DNA from: Clostridia bacterium
Lineage (GTDB): Bacteria; Bacillota; Clostridia; Christensenellales; Borkfalkiaceae
Direction: 5' to 3'
DNA length: 53,648 nt
Assembly: GCA_017501205.1 (NCBI GenBank)
Contig: JAFVXM010000001.1
Coordinates: 1 to 53,648, forward strand
Shown here: positions 8,541 through 15,914 of the stretch, one piece after another
How positions within the stretch are numbered: the stretch's first letter is position 1
How the letters are laid out: each line of letters starts with the position of its first letter
Position numbers and translations under genes: made by a program
Notes under the pieces: model-generated
Told to the model about the DNA's origin: nothing
Database searches by the model: none
The model's input: the letters and a program-made list of their open reading frames with translations, nothing else

Positions 8541-8939
8541 GTGTTTAAGTTTCTGAAGAAAGACAAGGAAAAGAAGAAGACCGAGGCAACCAAGGAAAAG
8601 GCCGTAGCAGAAGAAAAGGCAGAGAAGGTTGAAGAGGAAGAAAAGACGGAGATCGTGGTTGAAGGAGAGGAGAGCGTTGAGAGCTCAAATGCCGAAAAAC
8701 GTGCGATAAAGGCGGTTTACCGTGTTATTTATGATAGTGAAAACCGTGAGTGGATGGTAAAAAAGGACGGTGCGCAAAGGGTTATCCGCAGGGTAAGAAC
8801 CAAGGCAGAGGCGCTTGAGCTTGCAAATCAGTTTGCCACCAGGCAGGACCTTTCCATATCCGTTCAGAAAAAGGACGGTAAATTCCAAAAGAAGAGCAGC
8901 TATAAGACGATGATGTCGTCTGACAAGGCGGATAAATAA
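8541..8939 (+). CDS. DUF2188-like small protein with a K/E-rich N-terminus
   Basis: GTG start after AAGGAGG. Core YRVIYDSENREWMVKKDGAQRVIRRVRTKAEALELA matches the DUF2188 pattern as I recall it. Confidence 0.6.
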   Translation: MFKFLKKDKEKKKTEATKEKAVAEEKAEKVEEEEKTEIVVEGEESVESSNAEKRAIKAVYRVIYDSENREWMVKKDGAQRVIRRVRTKAEALELANQFATRQDLSISVQKKDGKFQKKSSYKTMMSSDKADK

Positions 8940-8943
8940 TACG

Positions 8944-9765
8944 GTGAACGTTTTAGTATCGATCAACAGGGGATACCTTCGCCATTTCCGCGTGATGCTA
9001 TCTTCGCTTGAGCAAAATGCGCGTGAGAGGCTTGCGGTTTACGTTCTGCACGACGATCTTATCCCGGAGGATTTTGCCGAAAATAAAAGGATGTTTCCTG
9101 AAATTGAATTTAACTACGTAGAAATGGATATCGAGCTTTGCCGTGGCTTCCCCACGGTGAAGAGGTATCCTTTTACTGTATATTACAGAATTTTCGCGCC
9201 GCTTATTCTGCCTAAGACGGTTGATCGCATTTTATATCTTGATTGCGATCTCGTTTTGCATAATTGTATAGACGGCTTTTATAACACCGATTTTGAGGGG
9301 AATCTGTTCGTTGCCTGCTCAAATACGGGCGCATTTTTAAACGCGTTTAATAGAGTGAGGCTTGGCGCTAGAAGGGATTACGTGTATATGAACACGGGCG
9401 TGTTGCTGATGAACGTTGCAATGCTGCGTGACGCTATCGACGTAAACGCTATACGCGAATACACTATCCGGCACAAGGCGATACTAGCCCTTTACGATCA
9501 GGATATCCTTTGCCGATTTTTTGGCAACAGAGTAAAAAAGGCGGATAAGCTCGTATATAATCTTTCGGATAGGCATTATAGACTTCAAAACCTTTTTCAC
9601 GCGAAAAGGATTGATGAAAAGTGGGTTGAAGAAAATAACGTTATAGCGCATTACATAGGCAAAAATAAGCCGTGGAAAAAGGGGTACAAAGGAGTTTTGG
9701 GGAAATATTATCACAGCTTTGCCAAGAGGTTGGATTCTGCCTCGGGCACAAAAGGTGAGGTATGA
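8944..9765 (+). CDS. family 8 glycosyltransferase (GT8)
   Basis: LYLDCDLVL (DxD), NTGVLLMNVAMLR, YDQDIL, HYIGKNKPW. Confidence 0.85.
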   Translation: MNVLVSINRGYLRHFRVMLSSLEQNARERLAVYVLHDDLIPEDFAENKRMFPEIEFNYVEMDIELCRGFPTVKRYPFTVYYRIFAPLILPKTVDRILYLDCDLVLHNCIDGFYNTDFEGNLFVACSNTGAFLNAFNRVRLGARRDYVYMNTGVLLMNVAMLRDAIDVNAIREYTIRHKAILALYDQDILCRFFGNRVKKADKLVYNLSDRHYRLQNLFHAKRIDEKWVEENNVIAHYIGKNKPWKKGYKGVLGKYYHSFAKRLDSASGTKGEV

Positions 9766-11267
9766 AATTTTTAAAATTGTTGTTTAACCGCTTTGTATTC
9801 GTCACGCTGTCCATATTACTGCAGATAGTATTTACGGTGCTGCTTGTAGTGGGGCTTATGGACTACTGGATATTTATCGTGATATCGGTGGTTTTATCGT
9901 TTTTGGTTTTTTTAGACGTAACCATGCGCGATATAAACCCTGCACAGCAGCTGCTGTGGATAACGGTAATACTGATCTTTCCGGTAGGCGGAATTGTTCT
10001 ATATCTTATGATAGGCGATGCAAAATGGTCAAGGCGGGCGAAGCGCAGGATGCGCGCTGTTCTCGATAAGCAGATTCCCGAGATCAACAGCCTTTCGCAA
10101 TATCCGGAAAGGTATGCCGGACAGATAAATTATTTAAAAAACAAAACCAAAACGAGCGCGTACACAGGATGTAAAACCTTGTATTTCCCCACGGGTGAGA
10201 GGTATTTAAAGGCGTTGCTTGAGGATCTTGAGCGCGCGAAGAAATTCATCTTTCTTGAGTTTTTTATAATAAGCGAGGGAAGGATGTGGGGGTCCGTTTT
10301 AAGCGTTCTGGAAAGGAAGGTTAAAGAGGGTGTTGAGGTGCGCGTTATGTACGACGATATCGGAAGCACCTGGAAGATACCTGCAAGCTACTATAAGGGC
10401 TTGAGAAAAAAGGGCATAAAGTGCGTAAGGTTTAACCGATATCTGCCCTTTGTTACAAACCTGCACAACAACAGAGATCACAGAAAAATTGTGATTATCG
10501 ACGGAATAATTGCCTACACGGGAGGCATAAATCTTGCAGATGAGTATATAAACGAGGCCGGCAACGATTTCTTCTGGAAGGATACCGGCGTCAGGATAGA
10601 GGGTAACGCCGTAAACGAATTTACTGAAATGTTCCTTCAGCTTTACGGCATAAACGATCTCAAGTGTGCCGATAGGTTTGAGGATTATTCGCATAGTTGC
10701 CACATGGATAGCGGCGAGGGCGGAGTTGTGGTTCCGTTTGGAACGGGCCCGTCGTTTTTCTACACCTGCCCCGTTGCGGAGGAGGCGATCTTAAACATGA
10801 TTGCCGGAGCAAGCAAGGAACTGATCATAACCACGCCGTATCTTATAGTGGATTACAGCATCAACAGAGCCCTTGCCATCGCTGTTGCAAGAGGGGTTGA
10901 CGTGAAGATAGTTATCCCCGACGTGCCCGACAAAAAGCTTGTGTATATGATAACGAGAAACAATGCGGAATATCTGCATAAAAACGGCGTTAAGATATAT
11001 AAAAGCATGGGCAGCTTTATACACGCAAAGAGCGTGGTCGCAGATGGAGAGGTTGCCATCGTTGGAACGATAAACCTCGATTACAGAAGCTTCCTGCATC
11101 ATTTTGAAAACGCCGTTTGGATGTACGGCACGGATGCGGTTAAGGAGCTGAAGGCAGACGTAGACGAGCTGTGCTGCGACAAGAACAGGATTAGTGAAAA
11201 AATAGGCAGCAACGCGATAGTAAGGTTTGTTGCCGCCGTTATGAAGATATTCACTCCGCTCTTTTAA
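9762..11267 (+). CDS. cls: cardiolipin synthase (PLD superfamily)
   Basis: Two N-terminal TM helices and two HKD motifs (HRKIVIIDG...GGINL; HAKSVVADG...GTINLD). Its ATG overlaps the GT8 stop (ATGA at 9762-9765). Confidence 0.93.
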   Translation: MKFLKLLFNRFVFVTLSILLQIVFTVLLVVGLMDYWIFIVISVVLSFLVFLDVTMRDINPAQQLLWITVILIFPVGGIVLYLMIGDAKWSRRAKRRMRAVLDKQIPEINSLSQYPERYAGQINYLKNKTKTSAYTGCKTLYFPTGERYLKALLEDLERAKKFIFLEFFIISEGRMWGSVLSVLERKVKEGVEVRVMYDDIGSTWKIPASYYKGLRKKGIKCVRFNRYLPFVTNLHNNRDHRKIVIIDGIIAYTGGINLADEYINEAGNDFFWKDTGVRIEGNAVNEFTEMFLQLYGINDLKCADRFEDYSHSCHMDSGEGGVVVPFGTGPSFFYTCPVAEEAILNMIAGASKELIITTPYLIVDYSINRALAIAVARGVDVKIVIPDVPDKKLVYMITRNNAEYLHKNGVKIYKSMGSFIHAKSVVADGEVAIVGTINLDYRSFLHHFENAVWMYGTDAVKELKADVDELCCDKNRISEKIGSNAIVRFVAAVMKIFTPLF

Positions 11268-11296
11268 AAGCCCCGTAAAACACACAAAAACACGAT

Positions 11297-11335
11297 AAAA
11301 AGCACGCTTGCCGAGTGGCTTGCGTGCTTTTTTGC
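11297..11335. terminator. bidirectional terminator between convergent cls and rarA
   Basis: aaaaagcacgc / gcgtgcttttt stem flanked by an A-run and a T-run. Confidence 0.75.
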
Positions 11336-11338
11336 TTG

Positions 11339-12655
11339 CTATTTATTTTCGTTTTTCCAGTTTTTTATCGCATCGAGGCGGGATTTGAATTTTGCCTCAA
11401 CTCCCTCCTCCGTGGGGTGGTAATACTCCCTGTCTATCAAATTGTCGGGCAGGCATTGCATTGTTGAAAGCTTGTCCTTTTGGTCGTGCGCGTAAACGTA
11501 GCCCTTGCCGTAGTTAAGCTCCTTCATCAGCTTTGTGGGGGCGTTTCTTATAACGAGCGGAACGGGCTCTGCAAGGGTGGAGAGAGCGTCCCTTTTTGCG
11601 CTTTCGTACGCGACGTAAAGAGAATTTGATTTGGGTGCTAACGCCATATAAACAACGGCCTCGGTGAGGTGAACGCTGCACTCCGGCATACCGATATAAT
11701 GACATGCCTGATAAGCGGCAACCGCAATTTCAAGTGCGCGCGGATCGGCAAGGCCAACGTCCTCACTGGCAAAGCGGGTAACTCTTCTCGCAACGTAAAG
11801 GGGATCCTCTCCCGCCTCAAGCATTCTCGCCAGCCAGTAAACGGCAGCATCGGGATCGGAATTTCTCATGGATTTATGAAGGGCGGATATTATATTGTAA
11901 TGCTCCTCGCCGCTTTTATCGTAAAGGAGTGATTTTTTTGAGGTGCACTGCTCAACCGTTTCGCGCGTGACGGTGACGGTATCGCCGTTGACGTCGCCGT
12001 TAAGCACGGCCATTTCAAGTGTTGTAAGCGCGCTTCTCGCATCGTCGTTTGCAAAGTTTGCAACGGTGGCGATCACGTCCTCATCCATAACGACCTTTTG
12101 GTTGCCAAAGCCTCGCGGATCGGTCAGCGCGCGCTTTATAAGCTGGCAAAGCTCTTCGGTTTTAAGCTGTTGAAGAACGAACACCTTGCACCTTGAAAGG
12201 AGTGCGCCGTTTACCTCAAACGAGGGGTTCTCCGTTGTGGCGCCGATGAGGATTATGCTTCCCTTTTCAACGAAGGGGAGAAAAGCATCCTGCTGCGCCT
12301 TGTTGAAGCGGTGTATCTCGTCTACAAAAAGTATCGTTTTTTCGCCGAAAACGCGGCTTTTTTCCGCCTGCTCCATCACCTGCTTTATTTCCTTAATGCC
12401 GCTCGTTACGGCAGAAAAGTCTATAAAGCTTGCCTTTGTTTTACTTGCGATGATGCGCGCGAGAGTGGTTTTGCCAACGCCGGGCGGGCCCCAAAAGATC
12501 ATAGAGCCGGTCGCGTCGTTTTCTATCAGGCGGCGGAGAATTTTGCCCTCTCCGAGAAGATGTTTCTGCCCTGCAAACTCCTCTAGGCTTCTGGGCCTCA
12601 GTCTTGCGGCAAGGGGTAGCCCTCCATGACTATTGAATAATGATTGCTGTTCCAT
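11339..12655 (-). CDS. rarA: replication-associated recombination protein A (AAA+ ATPase)
   Basis: GPPGVGKTTLAR Walker A, LFVDEIHRFNKAQQD, conserved MgsA C-terminal domain (YLARMLEAGEDP). Confidence 0.95.
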   Translation of the reverse strand: MEQQSLFNSHGGLPLAARLRPRSLEEFAGQKHLLGEGKILRRLIENDATGSMIFWGPPGVGKTTLARIIASKTKASFIDFSAVTSGIKEIKQVMEQAEKSRVFGEKTILFVDEIHRFNKAQQDAFLPFVEKGSIILIGATTENPSFEVNGALLSRCKVFVLQQLKTEELCQLIKRALTDPRGFGNQKVVMDEDVIATVANFANDDARSALTTLEMAVLNGDVNGDTVTVTRETVEQCTSKKSLLYDKSGEEHYNIISALHKSMRNSDPDAAVYWLARMLEAGEDPLYVARRVTRFASEDVGLADPRALEIAVAAYQACHYIGMPECSVHLTEAVVYMALAPKSNSLYVAYESAKRDALSTLAEPVPLVIRNAPTKLMKELNYGKGYVYAHDQKDKLSTMQCLPDNLIDREYYHPTEEGVEAKFKSRLDAIKNWKNENK

Positions 12656-12694
12656 AATAAACTAAAAACCTTTAATAATATGCGAAAAAGGGGG

Positions 12695-13570
12695 TTAAAA
12701 ATCCCAGTGCGGGATAAATTCCTCGCTGGCGGAGGATAACTCCTGCACGAAATAGTTTTCGATCCCCGCATCCAAAAGTGCAGTGTAAACCTTGTTGTAC
12801 TCGCGGCGGGTGATCTTGCGCTGAAGCTCCTTAAAATCATCTATCTTGCCAAACGGGGTGTATTGCCCCATGAGGGAGAAAAATGCATCGCCCTTGTTTT
12901 GGGCAAACCAGTTTACTATATCGATAGAATCGTCCGTGTTGAGTGGCAGTATGAGGTGGCGAACGATAACTCCGCTCTTCATCATACCGTCAATAATCTG
13001 CGTTTTACGGGATTTTATCATAAACTTAACCGCTTCAGAGGCAACGGAGAAGTAGTCTTCCTTGCCGGTATATCGCTTGGCCGCTCGCGGCGAAAAGTAC
13101 TTTAGGTCGGGAAGATAAACGTCTGTGAAGCCGTTGGCAAGCTCGAGCGTGGATATTTTTTCATAGCCGTGAGTATTGTAAACCACGGGGATATTCGGCT
13201 TGTAGATGGAAAATGCTTCTGCTATCTGCAAAACAAAGTGAGTGGGGTTTACAAGGTTGATATTTTCAGCACCCATTTGCTCAAGCGTACGGAAAATATC
13301 AGCAAGCTCCTTTACGGATATCTGCTTTCCCGTGAGGTTGTTGGAAACCTCGTAATTTTGGCAGAACACGCACCTTAAAGGGCAGCCGCAGAAGAACACG
13401 GTGCCTGAGCCGTTTTTGCCCGAAATGCACGGTTCCTCAAACGGATGAAGATAGAATTTTGCAATTTTAACGCGGTCGGTAGAGCCGCAAGCTCCTGTGC
13501 GCACCGCTCTGTCAACACCGCAATTATTCGGGCAGAGCAGGCAGGGATTACCGTTAAGCTTTGTTTCCAT
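12695..13570 (-). CDS. radical SAM protein, PflX-like (pyruvate formate-lyase activase homologue of unknown substrate)
   Basis: N-terminal CLLCPNNCGVDR cluster and CPLRCVFCQN (CxxxCxxC) motif; 291 aa. Confidence 0.8.
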   Translation of the reverse strand: METKLNGNPCLLCPNNCGVDRAVRTGACGSTDRVKIAKFYLHPFEEPCISGKNGSGTVFFCGCPLRCVFCQNYEVSNNLTGKQISVKELADIFRTLEQMGAENINLVNPTHFVLQIAEAFSIYKPNIPVVYNTHGYEKISTLELANGFTDVYLPDLKYFSPRAAKRYTGKEDYFSVASEAVKFMIKSRKTQIIDGMMKSGVIVRHLILPLNTDDSIDIVNWFAQNKGDAFFSLMGQYTPFGKIDDFKELQRKITRREYNKVYTALLDAGIENYFVQELSSASEEFIPHWDF

Positions 13571-13576
13571 AAAAAA

Positions 13577-13604
13577 ATTATAACAAATTTTTCTACCAAG
13601 TCAA
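13577..13604 (-). promoter_or_regulatory. sigmaA-type promoter (extended -10) abutting the start codon of the radical SAM gene
   Basis: On the minus strand: TTGACT (13604-13599), 16-nt spacer, TGtTATAAT (-10 hexamer 13582-13577), then only 6 nt (TTTTTT) before ATG 13570. Confidence 0.55.
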
Positions 13605-13620
13605 ATTTTTTGATAAAGAA

Positions 13621-13649
13621 TTGACAAATAAAATAATTATATATATAAT
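13621..13649 (+). promoter_or_regulatory. consensus sigmaA promoter of metK
   Basis: TTGACA (13621-13626), exactly 17 nt, TATAAT (13644-13649). GGAGG RBS about 10 nt before ATG 13716. Confidence 0.7.
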
Positions 13650-13715
13650 AGATAGGCAATAAAAAGAAACAGATGTAAATTTAGGTTGTGACAGGACCTT
13701 ATTCGGAGGCTATAA

Positions 13716-14882
13716 ATGAGAAAGTTTTTTACAAGTGAAAGCGTTACCGAGGGACATCCCGATAAGATATGCGATCAGATTTCGGATGCGGTTCTGGATG
13801 CTATAATTGAAAAGGATCCCGGCGCGAGGGTTGCGTGTGAGTGCAGCACCACTACCGGTCTTGTTCTTATAATGGGCGAAATAACCACCGAGAGCTACGT
13901 TGACATCCCCACCATCGCAAAGGAAACGATCAGAGAGATCGGCTATGACAATGCAAGCTACGGGTTTGACGCTAACACCTGCGCGGTAATTACCAGCATA
14001 AATTCGCAGAGTGCGGATATAGCGCTTGGCGTAAACAATTCGCTTGAGCACCGCGAGAGCGGTGACGATACCGATAAGATCGGTGCAGGCGATCAAGGCA
14101 TGATGTTCGGTTACGCCACCAACGAAACCGAGGAATATATGCCCATGGCTATCACCCTCGCACACAAGCTTACCAAAAGGCTTTCCGAGGTCAGAAAGAG
14201 CGGACTTTTGAAGTATCTCCGTCCTGACGGAAAAAGCCAGGTTACGGTTGAGTATGACGGAAAGAAGGTAAAGAGGATCGATACCGTAGTAGTATCCACG
14301 CAGCACGCGGAGGACGTTACCACCGAGCAGCTTCGCGAGGAGGTTAAGAAGCACGTTATAGAGGCTGTGCTTCCCAAGGAATACCTCGATGCCGATACCA
14401 AGTACTACATTAACCCCACCGGCCGCTTTGAGATAGGCGGACCGCACGGTGACAGCGGCCTTACCGGCAGAAAGATAATTGTTGATACCTATGGCGGAAG
14501 CTGTGCACACGGTGGAGGAGCCTTTAGCGGAAAGGATCCCACCAAGGTTGACAGAAGCGCCGCTTATATGGCACGCTATATTTGTAAAAACGTGGTTGCT
14601 GCAGGGCTTGCCGATGAGTGCGAGCTTGAGGTCGCTTACGCTATCGGCGTTGCGAAGCCCGTTTCTCTTTTTGTTGATACAAACGGCACGGGTAAGCTTT
14701 CGGATGATAAGATTGCAGAGATAATCGAGCGCGAGTTTGATCTTCGCCCCGCGGCAATTATCAAAACGCTGGATCTGTTAAAGCCCGTTTACAAGCGCAC
14801 TGCGGCTTACGGTCACTTTGGAAGAGATGAGTTTTCTTGGGAGAAAACGGATAGAGTAAACGATCTTAAGAAATATCTTTAA
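13716..14882 (+). CDS. metK: S-adenosylmethionine synthetase
   Basis: [47 protein letters not shown]. Confidence 0.98.
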   Translation: MRKFFTSESVTEGHPDKICDQISDAVLDAIIEKDPGARVACECSTTTGLVLIMGEITTESYVDIPTIAKETIREIGYDNASYGFDANTCAVITSINSQSADIALGVNNSLEHRESGDDTDKIGAGDQGMMFGYATNETEEYMPMAITLAHKLTKRLSEVRKSGLLKYLRPDGKSQVTVEYDGKKVKRIDTVVVSTQHAEDVTTEQLREEVKKHVIEAVLPKEYLDADTKYYINPTGRFEIGGPHGDSGLTGRKIIVDTYGGSCAHGGGAFSGKDPTKVDRSAAYMARYICKNVVAAGLADECELEVAYAIGVAKPVSLFVDTNGTGKLSDDKIAEIIEREFDLRPAAIIKTLDLLKPVYKRTAAYGHFGRDEFSWEKTDRVNDLKKYL

Positions 14883-14887
14883 TGATT

Positions 14888-14919
14888 ATGCGCCACCTTA
14901 TCATAGGGGCGCATTTTTA
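14888..14919 (+). terminator. intrinsic terminator after metK
   Basis: atgcgcc / ggcgcat stem followed by T5. Confidence 0.65.
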
Positions 14920-14945
14920 AAAAACCACCTAAAACGCAGGTTATT

Positions 14946-15815
14946 ATGGGTAAAATCAAGGATTTCATCATAAGAATAATTCGTGAGGTCGGGCGGGAGT
15001 ATACGCGCATCGATAGAACGTGCAACGCCTGCGGAAGGGAGTGCTTTGGCGGCACGGGTACGGGAGAGAGTCTGTTTTGCAAGGACTGCTACGAGCATCT
15101 GCCGCTGAACAAGGGCGATATATGCTCGCGCTGCGGAAGGAGCTCTGTGGAGCCCGTCGTTGCGTGTGAAAGCTGCTCGGGCGAGGAGCTTCCGTTTGAT
15201 CTGGCGAGAAGCTCGTTTTATTACGCACCGCCCATAGACGGAATGATCCGCAACCTTAAATACGATAACAGAAGGTATCTTGCAAGGGTGTTATCGCCGT
15301 TTATGGCGGAGACTGCCATGATAAATTTTTCCGACGCGGACGTTATGACCTTTATTCCTATGCCCGATAAGGCTAAAAAGAGGAGAGGCTACAATCAGGC
15401 AGAGCTTCTTGCCGAGAGCGTTTCGGAAATAACGGGTGTTGCCGTTGTGAACGCGCTCGTTAAGGACGTGGATACCGACAGGCAGGCCCGCCTTAACAGA
15501 AGCGAGCGTAAGATGAACCTGAAAGGCGCGATTAAAGTGAGAAATAAGGCACTTGTTGCGGGAAAGCGAGTTATAGTGGTAGACGACGTTATGACAACGG
15601 GCGCAACTGCGGAAACGGCTGCCGCCGCTTTAAAGAAGGCCGGAGCCGATAAGGTTTACGTTTTAACTGCCGCTTCCGTTACGGATGCAAGAACGGCCCG
15701 TCTTCTCGGTCAGGAGCGAAGCGTGAGTGCCGTAAGAAGAGAAAAGCGCAACGCACGGCTTATTAAGAAGCTTGAAAGACAACGAAAAAGAGCAGAACGA
15801 ACAAAAGGTGTTTAA
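14946..15815 (+). CDS. comFC: ComF family protein (ComFC-type phosphoribosyltransferase-fold) with a basic C-terminal tail
   Basis: N-terminal CxxC zinc-finger pairs (CNACG, CKDC, CSRCG, CESC), PRTase motif VIVVDDVMTTGAT, and comFC-secA synteny. Confidence 0.85.
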   Translation: MGKIKDFIIRIIREVGREYTRIDRTCNACGRECFGGTGTGESLFCKDCYEHLPLNKGDICSRCGRSSVEPVVACESCSGEELPFDLARSSFYYAPPIDGMIRNLKYDNRRYLARVLSPFMAETAMINFSDADVMTFIPMPDKAKKRRGYNQAELLAESVSEITGVAVVNALVKDVDTDRQARLNRSERKMNLKGAIKVRNKALVAGKRVIVVDDVMTTGATAETAAAALKKAGADKVYVLTAASVTDARTARLLGQERSVSAVRREKRNARLIKKLERQRKRAERTKGV

Positions 15816-15820
15816 AAAAC

Positions 15821-15849
15821 TTTACATTTTTAATAATTTATAGTATTAT
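15821..15849 (+). promoter_or_regulatory. candidate sigmaA promoter upstream of secA
   Basis: TTTACA (15821-15826), 17 nt, TATTAT (15844-15849), in an AT-rich intergenic region. Confidence 0.4.
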
Positions 15850-15914
15850 TAAATAGTTAGAGTAAATTATATTTACTATATTTTAAACAGCAATAATTTT
15901 ACGGAGACGTTATA

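Noticed and set aside
13710-14510. 266-aa antisense ORF opposite metK, and several 60-150-aa plus-strand ORFs opposite rarA (11669-12629).
   Set aside because: They overlap highly conserved, motif-verified genes on the other strand and have no independent start signals.
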